From: Octopus sinensis
Lineage: Eukaryota
Direction of reading: 5' to 3'
Length of the DNA: 64,000 nucleotides
NCBI RefSeq assembly: GCF_006345805.1
Contig: NC_043015.1
Span: forward strand, 46,810,001 to 46,874,000
Below the pieces are notes generated by a model. That model was not told where the DNA came from and did no database searches. It saw only the letters and a list, made by a program, of their open reading frames with translations. Below, in pieces: positions 51,401-64,000 of this stretch (its first letter is position 1; the number at the start of each line of letters is the position of its first letter). Both the position numbers and the translations under genes were made by a program.

Positions 51401-54400
51401 ACCCGAAACCATGTGGTTCGTAAAGCCACTCCTACGCCTATAGTAGATGACACTTGCCCAGGTGCCATGCAGTGGGACTGAACCCGAAACCATGTGGTTC
51501 GTAAAGCCACTCCTACGCCTATAGTAGATGACACTTGCCCAAGGTGCCATGCAGTGGGACTGAACCCGAAACCGTGTGGTTCGTAAAGCCACTCCTACGC
51601 CTATAGTAGATGACACTTGCCCAAGGTGCCATGCAGTGGGACTGAACCCGAAACCGTGTGGTTCGTAAAGCCACTCCTACGCCTATAGTAGATGACACTT
51701 GCCCAAGGTGCCATGCAGTGGGACTGAACCCGGAACCATGTGGTTCGTAAAGCCACTCCTACGCCTATAGTAGATGACACTTGCCCAAGGTGCAATGCAG
51801 TGGGACTGAACCCGGAACCATGTGGTTCGTAAAGCCACTCCTACGCCTATAGTAGATGACACTTGCCCAAGGTGCCATGCAGTGGGACTGAACCCGAAAC
51901 CGTGTGGTTCGTAAAGCCACTCCTACGCCTATAGTAGATGACACTTGCCCAAGGTGCAATGCAGTGGGACTGAACCCGGACCATGTGGTTCGTAAAGCCA
52001 CTCCTACGCCTATAGTAGATGACACTTGCCCAAGGTGCAATGCAGTGGGACTGAACCCGGAACCATGTGGTTCGTAAAGCCACTCCTACGCCTATAGTAG
52101 ATGACACTTGCCCAAGGTGCAATGCAGTGGGACTGAACCCGGAACCATGTGGTTCGTAAAGCCACTCCTACGCCTATAGTAGATGACACTTGCCCAAGGT
52201 GCCATGCAGTGGGACTGAACCCGGAACCATGTGGTTCGTAAAGCCACTCCTACGCCTATAGTAGATGACACTTGCCCAAGGTGCCATGCAGTGGGACTGA
52301 ACCCGAAACCATGTGGTTCGTAAAGCCACTCCTACGCCTATAGTAGATGACACTTGCCCAAGGTGCCATGCAGTGGGACTGAACCGAACCATGTGGTTCG
52401 TAAAGCCACTCCTACGCCTATAGTAGATGACACTTGCCCAAGGTGCAATGCAGTGGGACTGAACCCGAACCATGTGGTTCGTAAAGCCACTCCTACGCCT
52501 ATAGTAGATGACACTTGCCCAAGGTGCCATGCAGTGGGACTGAACCGGAACCATGTGGTTCGTAAGCCCCTCCTACGCCTATAGTAGATGACACTTGCCC
52601 AAGGTGCCATGCAGTGGGACTGAACCCGAAACCGTGTGGTTCGTAAAGCCACTCCTACGCCTATAGTAGATGACACTTGCCAAGGTGCAATGCAGTGGGA
52701 CTGAACCCGAACCATGTGGTTCGTAAAGCCACTCCTACGCCTATAGTAGATGACACTTTCCAAGGTGCCATGCAGTGGGACTGAACCCGGAACCATGTGG
52801 TTCGTAAAGCCACTCCTACGCCTATAGTAGACACTTGCCCAAGTGTGCAATGCAGTGGGACTGAACCCGGAACCATGTGGTTCGTAAAGCCACTCCTACG
52901 CCTATAGTAGATGACACTTGCCCAAGGTGCCATGCAGTGGGACTGAACCCGGAACCATGTGGTTCGTAAAGCCACTCCTACGCCTATAGTAGATGACACT
53001 TGCCCAAGGTGCAATGCAGTGGGACTGAACCCGAAACCATGTGGTTCGTAAAGCCACTCCTACGCCTATAGTAGATGACACTTGCCCAAGGTGCCATGCA
53101 GTGGGACTGAACCCGGAACCATGTGGTTCGTAAAGCCACTCCTACGCCTATAGTAGATGACACTTGCCCAAGGTGCCATGCAGTGGGACTGAACCCGCCC
53201 GGAACCATGTGGTTCGTAAAGCACTCCTACGCCTATAGTAGATGACACTTGCCCAAGGTGCCATGCAGTGGGACTGAACCCGGAACCATGTGGTTCGTAA
53301 AGCCACTCCTACGCCTATAGTAGATGACACTTGCCCAAGGTGCAATGCAGTGGGACTGAACCCGAAACCATGTGGTTCGTAAAGCCACTCCTACGCCTAT
53401 AGTAGATGACACTTGCCCAAGGTGCCATGCAGTGGGACTGAACCCGAAACCGTGTGGTTCGTAAAGCCACTCCTACGCCTATAGTAGATGACACTTGCCC
53501 AAGGTGCCATGCAGTGGGACTGAACCCGAAACCATGTGGTTCGTAAAGCCACTCCTACGCCTATAGTAGATGACACTTGCCCAAGGTGCCATGCAGTGGG
53601 ACTGAACCCGGAACCATGTGGTTCGTAAAGCCACTCCTACGCCTATAGTAGATGACACTTGCCCAAGGTGCCATGCAGTGGGACTGAACCCGAAACCATA
53701 GGTTCGTAAAGCCACTCCTACGCCTATAGTAGATGACACTTGCCCAAGGTGCCATGCAGTGGGACTGAACCCGGAACCATGTGGTTCGTAAAGCCACTCC
53801 TACGCCTATAGTAGATGACACTTGCCCAGGTGCAATGCAGTGGGACTGAACCCGGAACCATGTGGTTCGTAAAGCCACTCCTACGCCTATAGTAGATGAC
53901 ACTTGCCCAAGGTGCCATGCAGTGGGACTGAACCCGGAACCATGTGGTTCGTAAAGCCACTCCTACGCCTATAGTAGATGACACTTGCCCAAGGTGCAAT
54001 GCAGTGGGACTGAACCCGAAACCATGTGGTTCGTAAAGCCACTCCTACGCCTATAGTAGATGACACTTGCCCAAGGTGCCATGCAGTGGGACTGAACCCG
54101 GAACCATGTGGTTCGTAAAGCCACTCCTACGCCTATAGTAGATGACACTTGCCCAAGGTGCCATGCAGTGGGACTGAACCCGAAACCATGTGGTTCGTAA
54201 AGCCACTCCTACGCCTATAGTAGATGACACTTGCCCAAGGTGCAATGCAGTGGGACTGAACCCGGAACCATGTGGTTCGTAAAGCCACTCCTACGCCTAT
54301 AGTAGATGACACTTGCCCAAGGTGCCATGCAGTGGGACTGAACCCGGAACCATGTGGTTCGTAAAGCCACTCCTACGCCTATAGTAGATGACACTTGCCC

Positions 54401-57400
54401 AAGGTGCCATGCAGTGGGACTGAACCCGAACCATGTGGTTCGTAAAGCCACTCCTACGCCTATAGTAGATGACACTTGCCCAAGGTGCCATGCAGTGGGA
54501 CTGAACCCGAAACCATGTGGTTCGTAAAGCCACTCCTACGCCTATAGTAGATGACACTTGCCCAAGGTGCCATGCAGTGGGACTGAACCCGAACCATGTG
54601 TTCGTAAAGCCACTCCTACGCCTATAGTAGATGACACTTGCCCAAGGTGCAATGCAGTGGGACTGAACCCGGAACCATGTGGTTCGTAAAGCCACTCCTA
54701 CGCCTATAGTAGATGACACTTGCCCAAGGTGCCATGCAGTGGGACTGAACCCGGAACCATGTGGTTCGTAAAGCCACTCCTACGCCTATAGTAGATGACA
54801 CTTGCCCAAGGTGCCATGCAGTGGGACTGAACCCGAAACCATGTGTTTCGTAAAGCCACTCCTACGCCTATAGTAGATGACACTTGCCCAAGGTGCCATG
54901 CAGTGGGACTGAACCCGGAACCATGTGGTTCGTAAAGCCACTCCTACGCCTATAGTAGATGACACTTGCCCAAGGTGCCATGCAGTGGGACTGAACCCGA
55001 ACCATGTGGTTCGTAAAGCCACTCCTACGCCTATAGTAGATGACACTTGCCCAAGGTGCAATGCAGTGGGACTGAACCCGAAACCATGTGGTTCGTAAAG
55101 CCACTCTCCTACGCCTATAGTAGATGACACTTGCCCAAGGTGCCATGCAGTGGGACTGAACCCGGAACCATGTGGTTCGTAAAGCCACTCCTACGCCTAT
55201 AGTAGATGACACTTGCCCAAGGTGCCATGCAGTGGGACTGAACCCGAACCATGTGGTTCGTAAAGCCACTCCTACGCCTATAGTAGATGACACTTGCCCA
55301 AGGTGCCATGCAGTGGGACTGAACCCGGAACCATGTGGTTCGTAAGCCACTCCTACGCCTATAGTAATGATGACACTTGCCCAAGCCTGCCATAGCAGTT
55401 GGGACAGAAGTGCCAACCCGGAACCATGTGGTTCGTAAGCCACTCCTACGCCTATAGTAGATGACACTTGCCAAGGTGCAATGCAGTGGGACTGAACCCG
55501 AAACCATGTGGTTCGTAAAGCCACTCCTACGCCTATAGTAGATGACACTTGCCCAAGGTGCCATGCAGTGGGACTGAACCCGGAACCATGTGGTTCGTAA
55601 AGCCACTCCTACGCCTATAGTAGATGACACTTGCCCAAGGTGCAATGCAGTGGGACTGAACCCGGAACCATGTGGTTCGTAAAGCCACTCCTACGCCTAT
55701 AGTAGATGACACTTGCCCAAGGTGCCATGCAGTGGGACTGAACCCGGAACCATGTGGTTCGTAAAGCCACTCCTACGCCTATAGTAGATGACACTTGCCC
55801 AAGGTGCAATGCAGTGGGACTGAACCCGAAACCATGTGGTTCGTAAAGCCACTCCTACGCCTATAGTAGATGACACTTGCCCAAGGTGCCATGCAGTGGG
55901 ACTGAACCCGGAACCATGTGGTTCGTAAAGCCACTCCTACGCCTATAGTAGATGACACTTGCCCAAGTGCCATGCAGTGGGACTGAACCCGGAACCATGT
56001 GGTTCGTAAAGCCACTCCTACGCCTATAGTAGATGACACTTGCCCAAGGTGCCATGCAGTGGGACTGAACCCGGAACCATGTGGTTCGTAAAGCCACTCC
56101 TACGCCTATAGTAGATGACACTTGCCCAAGGTGCCATGCAGTGGGACTGAACCCGGAACCATGTGGTTCGTAAAGCCACTCCTACGCCTATAGTAGATGA
56201 CACTTGCCCAAGGTGCCATGCAGTGGGACTGAACCCGAAACCATGTGGTTCGTAAAGCCACTCCTACGCCTATAGTAGATGACACTTGCCCAAGGTGCCA
56301 TGCAGTGGGACTGAACCCGAAACCATGTGGTTCGTAAAGCCACTCCTACCTACGCCTATAGTAGATGACACTTGCCCAAGGTGCCATGCAGTGGGACTGA
56401 ACCCGAACCATGTGGTTCGTAAAGCCACTCCTACGCCTATAGTAGATGACACTTGCCCAAGGTGCCATGCAGTGGGACTGAACCCGGAACCATGTGGTTC
56501 GTAAAGCCACTCCTACGCCTATAGTAGATGACACTTGCCCAAGGTGCCATGCAGTGGGACTGAACCCGGAACCATGTGGTTCGTAAAGCCACTCCTACGC
56601 CTATAGTAGATGACACTTGCCCAAGGTGCCATGCAGTGGGACTGAACCCGAACCATGTGGTTCGTAAAGCCACTCCTACGCCTATAGTAGATGACACTTG
56701 CCCAAGGTGCCATGCAGTGGGACTGAACCCGAAACCATGTGGTTCGTAAAGCCACTCCTACGCCTATAGTAGATGACACTTGCCCAAGGTGCCATGCAGT
56801 GGGACTGAACCCGAAACCATGTGGTTCGTAAAGCCACTCCTACGCCTATAGTAGATGACACTTGCCCAAGGTGCCATGCAGTGGGACTGAACCCGGAACC
56901 ATGTGGTTCGTAAAGCCACTCCTACGCCTATAGTAGATGACACTTGCCCAAGGTGCCATGCAGTGGGACTGAACCCGAAACCATGTGGTTCGTAAAGCCA
57001 CTCCTACGCCTATAGTAGATGACACTTGCCCAAGGTGCCATGCAGTGGGACTGAACCCGAAACCATGTGGTTCGTAAAGCCACTCCTACGCCTATAGTAG
57101 ATGACACTTGCCCAAGGTGCCATGCAGTGGGACTGAACCCGGAACCATGTGGTTCGTAAAGCCACTCCTACGCCTATAGTAGATGACACTTGCCCAAGGT
57201 GCCATGCAGTGGGACTGAACCCGAAACCATGTGGTTCGTAAAGCCCTCTCCCCGCCTATAGTAGATGACATTTGCCCAAGGTGCCATGCAGTGGGACTGA
57301 ACCCGGAACCATGTGGTTCGTAAAGCCACTCCTACGCCTATAGTAGATGACACTTGCCCAAGGTGCAATGCAGTGGGACTGAACCCGAAACCATGTGGTT

Positions 57401-60400
57401 CGTAAAGCCACTCCTACGCCTATAGTAGATGACACTTGCCCAAGGTGCCATGCAGTGGGACTGAACCCGAACCATGTGGTTCGTAAAGCCACTCCTACGC
57501 CTATAGTAGATGACACTTGCCCAAGGTGCAATGCAGTGGGACTGAACCCGGAACCATGTGGTTCGTAAAGCCACTCCTACGCCTATAGTAGATGACACTT
57601 GCCCAAGGTGCCATGCAGTGGGACTGAACCGGAACCATGTGGTTCGTAAAGCCACTCCTACGCCTATAGTAGATGACACTTGCCCAAGGTGCCATGCAGT
57701 GGGACTGAACCCGGAACCATGTGGTTCGTAAAGCCACTCCTACGCCTATAGTAGATGACACTTGCCCAAGGTGCCATGCAGTGGGACTGAACCCGGAACC
57801 ATGTGGTTCGTAAAGCCACTCCTACGCCTATAGTAGATGACACTTGCCCAAGGTGCAATGCAGTGGGACTGAACCCGGAACCATGTGGTTCGTAAAGCCC
57901 TCCTACGCCTATAGTAGATGACACTTGCCCAAGGTGCAATGCAGTGGGACTGAACCCGGAACCATGTGGTTCGTAAAGCCACTCCTACGCCTATAGTAGA
58001 TGACACTTGCCCAAGGTGCAATGCAGTGGGACTGAACCCGGAACCATGTGGTTCGTAAAGCCACTCCTACGCCTATAGTAGATGACACTTGCCCAAGGTG
58101 CCATGCAGTGGGACTGAACCCGGAACCATGTGGTTCGTAAAGCCACTCCTACGCCTATAGTAGATGACACTTGCCCAAGGTGCCATGCAGTGGGACTGAA
58201 CCCGGAACCATGTGGTTCGTAAAGCCACTCCTACGCCTATAGTAGATGACACTTGCCCAAGGTGCCATGCAGTGGGACTGAACCCGAAACCATGTGGTTC
58301 GTAAAGCCACTCCTACGCCTATAGTAGATGACACTTGCCCAAGGTGCCATGCAGTGGGACTGAACCCGAAACATGTGGTTCGTAAAGCCACTCCTACGCC
58401 TATAGTAGATGACATTTGCCCAAGGTGCCATGCAGTGGGACTGAACCCGGAACCATGTGGTTCGTAAAGCCACTCCTACGCCTATAGTAGATGACACTTG
58501 CCCAAGGTGCAATGCAGTGGGACTGAACCCGAACCATGTGGTTCGTAAAGCCACTCCTACGCCTATAGTAGATGACACTTGCCCAAGGTGCCAATGCAGT
58601 GGGACTGAACCCGGAACCATGTGGTTCGTAAAGCCACTCCTACGCCTATAGTAGATGACACTTGCCCAAGGTGCAATGCAGTGGGACTGAACCCGGAACC
58701 ATGTGGTTCGTAAAGCCACTCCTACGCCTATAGTAGATGACACTTGCCCAAGGTGCCATGCAGTGGGACTGAACCCGGAACCATGTGGTTCGTAAAGCCA
58801 CTCCTACGCCTATAGTAGATGACACTTGCCCAAGGTGCCATGCAGTGGGACTGAACCCGAAACCATGTGTTTCGTAAAGCCACTCCTACGCCTATAGTAG
58901 ATGACACTTGCCCAAGGTGCCATGCAGTGGGACTGAACCCGGAACCATGTGGTTCGTAAAGCCACTCCTACGCCTATAGTAGATGACACTTGCCCAAGGT
59001 GCAATGCAGTGGGACTGAACCCGAACCATGTGGTTCGTAAAGCCACTCCTACGCCTAGTAGATGAACACTTGCCCAAGGTGCAATGCAGTGGGACTGAAC
59101 CCGGAACCATGTGGTTCGTAAAGCCACTCCTACGCCTATAGTAGATGACACTTGCCCAAGGTGCAATGCAGTGGGACTGAACCCGAAACCATGTGGTTCG
59201 TAAAGCCACTCCTACGCCTATAGTAGATGACACTTGCCCAAGGTGCCATGCAGTGGGACTGAACCCGAACCATGTGGTTCGTAAAGCCACTCCTACGCCT
59301 ATAGTAGATGACACTTGCCCAAGGTGCCATGCAGTGGGACTGAACCCGAAACCATGTGGTTCGTAAAGCCACTCCTACGCCTATAGTAGATGACACTTGC
59401 CCAAGGTGCCATGCAGTGGGACTGAACCCGGAACCATGTGGTTCGTAAAGCCACTCCTCACGCCTATAGTAGATGACACTTGCCCAAGGTGCCATGCAGT
59501 GGGACTGAACCCGAAACCATGTGTTTCGTAAAGCCACTCCTACGCCTATAGTAGATGACACTTGCCCAAGGTGCATGCAGTGGGACTGAACCCGGAACCA
59601 TGTGGTTCGTAAAGCCACTCCTACGCCTATAGTAGATGACACTTGCCCAAGGTGCCATGCAGTGGGACTGAACCCGGAACCATGTGGTTCGTAAAGCCAC
59701 TCCTACGCCTATAGTAGATGACACTGCCCAAGGTGCCATGCAGTGGGACTGAACCCGAACCATGTGGTTCGTAAAGCCACTCCTACGCCTATAGTAGATG
59801 ACACTTGCCCAAGGTGCCATGCAGTGGGACTGAACCCGGAACCATGTGGTTCGTAAAGCCACTCCTACGCCTATAGTAGATGACACTTGCCCCCAAGGTG
59901 CATGCATGGGACTGAACCCGAAACCGTGTGGTTCGTAAAGCCACTCCTACGCCTATAGTAGATGACACTTGCCCAAGGTGCCATGCAGTGGGACTGAACC
60001 CGGAACCATGTGGTTCGTAAAGCCACTCCTACGCCTATAGATGAGATGACACTTGCCCAAGGTGCCATGCAGTGGGACTGAACCCGAACCATGTGGTTCG
60101 TAAAGCCACTCCTACGCCTATAGTAGATGACACTTGCCCAAGGTGCCATGCAGTGGGACTGAACCCGAACCATGTGGTTCGTAAAGCCACTCCTACGCCT
60201 ATAGTAGATGACACTTGCCCAAGGTGCCATGCAGTGGGACTGAACCCGGAACCATGTGGTTCGTAAAGCCACTCCTACGCCTATAGTAGATGACACTTGC
60301 CCAAGGTGCAATGCAGTGGGACTGAACCCGGAACCATGTTGTTCGTAAAGCCACTCCTACGCCTATAGTAGATGACACTTGCCCAAGGTGCAATGCAGTG

Positions 60401-61554
60401 GGACTGAACCCGAAACCATGTGGTTCGTAAAGCCACTCCTACGCCTATAGTAGATGACACTTGCCCAAGGTGCCATGCAGTGGGACTGAACCCGAAACCA
60501 TGTGGTTCGTAAAGCCACTCCTACGCCTATAGTAGATGACACTTGCCCAAGGTGCAATGCAGTGGGACTGAACCCGAAACCATGTGGTTCGTAAAGCCAC
60601 TCCTACGCCTATAGTAGATGACACTTGCCCAAGGTGCCATGCAGTGGGACTGAACCCGAAACCATGTGGTTCGTAAAGCCACTCCTACGCCTATAGTAGA
60701 TGACACTTGCCCAAGGTGCAATGCAGTGGGACTGAACCCGAAACCATGTGTTTCGTAAAGCCACTCCTACGCCTATAGTAGATGACACTTGCCCAGGTGC
60801 CATGCAGTGGGACTGAACCCGGAACCATGTGGTTCGTAAAGCCACTCCTACGCCTATAGAATGACACTTGCCCAGGTGCCATGCAGTGGGACTGAACCCG
60901 GAACCATGTGGTTCGTAAAGCCACTCCTACGCCTATAGTAGATGACACTTGCCCAAGGTGCCATGCAGTGGGACTGAACCCGGAACCATGTGGTTCGTAA
61001 AGCCACTCCTACGCCTATAGTAGATGACACTTGCCCAAGGTGCCATGCAGTGGGACTGAACCCGGAACCATGTGGTTCGTAAAGCCACTCCTACGCCTAT
61101 AGTAGATGACACTTGCCCAAGGTGCCATGCAGTGGGACTGAACCCGAAACCGTGTGGTTCGTAAAGCCACTCCTACGCCTATAGTAGATGACACTTGCCC
61201 AAGGTGCCATGCAGTGGGACTGAACCCGGAACCATGTGGTTCGTAAAGCCACTCCTACGCCTATAGTAGATGACACTTGCCCAAGGTGCCATGCAGTGGG
61301 ACTGAACCCGGAACCATGTGGTTCGTAAAGCCACTCCTACGCCTATAGTAGATGACACTTGCCCAAGGTGCCATGCAGTGGGACTGAACCCGAAACCATG
61401 TGGTTCGTAAAGCCACTCCTACGCCTATAGTAGATGACACTTGCCCAAGGTGCCATGCAGTGGGACTGAACCCGGAACCATGTGGTTCGTAAAGCCACTC
61501 CTACGCCTATAGTAGATGACACTTGCCCAAGGTGCCATGCAGTGGGACTGAACC
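48413..61554 (-). repeat. SINE-head-derived satellite, 82-bp unit, ~160 copies
   Basis: Plus-strand unit CTATAGTAGATGACACTTGCCCAAGGTGC(C/A)ATGCAGTGGGACTGAACCCG(G/A)AACCATGTGGTTCGTAAAGCCACTCCTACGC repeated head-to-tail; 13,142 bp / 82 is about 160. The reverse complement aligns to the first ~100 nt of the dominant SINE minus an 18-nt deletion. Confidence 0.97.
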
Positions 61555-62613
61555 TGGAAATTTCTTGTGAAAGAGTTGGCCACATCATGCACAGCATTCT
61601 GGACATGAGAAAGCTTTCTGAAAAATGCTTGAACTCAGGTCAGAAGTGCATCAGAGTGACATAAAAGGTGATTCTGGACTGATTTGCAGCAGGTGAGGCT
61701 GATTTTATGGCTCATTTAGTTACTATGGTTGAATCTTGGCTCCATCATTATGATCCTCAAACCAAGCCATGATCGATGGAGTGGTACAACAGCAGTTTAC
61801 TATGTCCCAAGTAATTTCAGACCCAGAAGTCAGCTAGAAAGATTCTGGCTTCAGTGTTCTGGGACAAAGACAGAATCCCCCCCCCCCCCCATAAAATACC
61901 TATTTCTTTACTACCCACAAGGGGCTAAACACAGAGAGGACAAATAAGAACAGACAAACGGATTAAGTCGATTATATCGACCCCAGTGCGTAAAGATGAA
62001 AGCCAAAGTCGACCTCGGCGGAATTTGAACTCAGAATGTGGCGGCAGACGAAATACGGCTACGTATTTCGCCTGGCCTGCTAACGCTTCTGCCAGCTCGC
62101 TGCCTTCATAAAATACCTGCCCCCCCATAAAATACCTGCCAAAGGGTCGCACTATCAACACAAAATACTACATGTCTCTGTTGGACGAACTGCATGAAGC
62201 TTTGAAGCAGAAACGCCGTGGATAGTTAAGATGTGGTGTCCTGTTTCTGCAGGATAATGCACCAGTATGTACAGCACATGAAACTCTACAGAAAATACAA
62301 GACTTTGGCTTTGAATTGGTAGACTACCCACCTTACTCTTCTAACTTGGCCTCCTCTGACTATCATCTCTTTCCACAATAGAAGAAACATCTCAACGGAA
62401 TGAAGTTTCACTCCAATTTTGAAGTGATTACTGCTACAGAAGCCTGGTTGACGGTCCGACCTTCTGAGTTCTTTTTACAGGGCTTAGAAAAACTGAAGGA
62501 CCACTGCAATAAGTGAGTGAATCTGAGAGGGGAATATGGTAAAAAAAAATCATAATTAACTAAACCTCATGTATTTTCTCTTGCCCAAAGTCAGGAACTT
62601 TTCAGTACTCCCT
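61554..62613 (+). mobile_element. Decayed mariner (DD34D-type) transposon, 5'-truncated, interrupted by a SINE
   Basis: Translates across stops/frameshifts to LEISCERVGHIMHSILDMRKLSEK / LVTMVESWLHHYDPQTK / KSARKILASVFWDKDRI / KYLPKGRTINTKYYMSLLDELHEALKQKRRG / VLFLQDNAP / YPPYSSNLASSDYHLFP, i.e. the mariner TMDETW, HDNA and YSPDLAPSD motifs; ends in a TIR-like GGAACTTTTCAGTACTCCCT followed by TA. Confidence 0.92.
61902..62106 (-). mobile_element. tRNA-derived SINE (family B, OK-like) inserted in the mariner
   Basis: Minus strand GGCAGCGAGCTGGCAGAAGCGTTAGC...GAGTTCAAATTCCGCCGAGGTCGACTTTG...; flanked by direct repeat CATAAAATACCT (61890-61901 and 62107-62118). Confidence 0.88.
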
Positions 62614-63357
62614 TATAGTATTGGTTCACTTTTGCTGTTGGTGTTGTCAGTTTGTGGAATTGGTTGGTAGCTGGGTTATTTGGTTCAGCTGTTAGCTGTT
62701 CCAATGCAATATTTAGATTTTATTAACATGTTTATTTGCAGTGTGAAGCTACAATTGTTGCAAAAAGCTGTTATGCTGAATGCCTGTAGCTAGTATGTGA
62801 GAATGCATGCTTGTCGAGAGAAGAAAATGTCATGTTTACATGCTTGGCAAGAGGCAATCTTTTTAATTTGAAGTCAGAGTGACGTAGCTACTGACTAACC
62901 CAGGAATCCTCAACAAAGTCTCTGGTTTGTATTCCCCACGCATCTCAATTTACAACAACAATTTGGCATTATTTAGTGTAAAACTGCATGGAATTTTTCA
63001 TCAAACATGACACCAAACAAATGCACCAGAACAATGATTGGCTGAAATATGGACCAAGACCATCTGATAAAGACACTCATCACTAAATATGGAAACATGA
63101 TACTCTATGGCCTTTTCTTGTTACTAAACTGACAAGGTTTCAAATGCTGAGTACTCTCTCTTTTACTTGTTCCAGCCATTTGACTGTGGCCATGCTGGAG
63201 CACCGCCTTTAGTCGAGCAACTCGACCCCGGGACTTATTCTTTGTAAGCTCAGTACTTATTCTATCGGTCTCTTTTGCTGAACCGCTAAGTGACGGGGAC
63301 ATAATCGGTTGCCAAGCAATGTTGGATGGGACAAACACAGACACACAAATATACACG

Positions 63358-63393
<36 letters not shown>

Positions 63394-64000
63394 CAACAGG
63401 TTTCTTTCAGTTTCCGTCTATCAAATCCACTCACAAGGCTTTGGTCGGCCCGAGGCTATAGTAGAAGACACTTGCCCAAGGTGCCACGCAGTGGGACTGA
63501 ACCGGGAACCATGTGGTTGGTAAACAAGCTACTTACCACACTGCCACTACTGCCACAGTTACTTTTTTTTTTATTTTTATAAGTCCAGAAAAAATTCAAT
63601 AAACAGACCTTTGGTATCATTATCAATTAAAAGGCTGGGAGTTGTTTACATATAATTTCTTTATCATGAACAATAAATTTCAGGTTCAAATCAAAGTACT
63701 GGACCCTTTACTACTAAAATAAGCATTCCACTAAGCCAGTTCATTATCTTTTAACAAAATTAAAGATTATAATGGAAATATTATTATTTCTAAATCTCTC
63801 AATAAGAGATATTCAGTAACATTATTATTCACAAAGGATCACAATGAAATTCTGAGTAAAGTAGTTTCAAGAGGGAAATATGGAATTACCAGCAAATAAA
63901 TAGAATATTATTTGACAATGCCACTCGTCTATTTGAAAATATTTTATGTACTTGAGCTGTCGAATAAAGAATAATTGTTTTGCAGAAGTGTTTGTTCCTT

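Noticed and set aside
55365-55440. Highly divergent satellite unit, plus scattered 1-nt indels across the array
   Set aside because: Pattern typical of long-read consensus error; not treated as biology without raw reads.
48413-61554. CRISPR-like or retrozyme-like array
   Set aside because: No unique spacers, no cas genes, eukaryotic context; no hammerhead core on either strand of the unit.
48375-61606. Dozens of ORFs (e.g. RRRSGFTNHMVPGSVPLHGTLGKCHLL repeats) that might be read as a repetitive protein gene
   Set aside because: They are translations of the 82-bp unit; 82 is not a multiple of 3, so frames cycle and hit stops.
62742-62793. Possible small exon (TTTATTTGCAG ... GTATGT; VKLQLLQKAVMLNACS)
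   Set aside because: Short and unsupported; could equally be a decayed retroelement C-terminus.

Overview
AT-rich, repeat-saturated eukaryotic DNA; from recall of their sequences, the SINE/LINE families are most consistent with an octopus (coleoid cephalopod) genome. I find no intact protein-coding gene. Almost all ORFs in the track are artefacts of microsatellites, SINEs or the satellite; the real coding remnants are decayed RTE LINE, mariner and pogo/Tigger fragments. Positions 1-48.4 kb are a mosaic of three or four tRNA-derived SINE families, RTE 3' ends, TTAA-flanked MITEs, Helitron/Helentron relics, local duplications and many fold-back elements, most abutting (TA)n. Several fold-backs carry minimal type I hammerhead-ribozyme motifs of the kind found in Penelope-like pseudo-LTRs: a canonical-core one at 316-358, and a family whose core shows a compensatory C3:G8 to G3:C8 swap (12678-12726, 23008-23058). 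Positions 48413-61554 are a ~13.1 kb array of ~160 x 82-bp units derived from the head of the dominant SINE. Each unit keeps the B-box-like motif but has lost half of the A box. The array runs directly into a 5'-truncated mariner.
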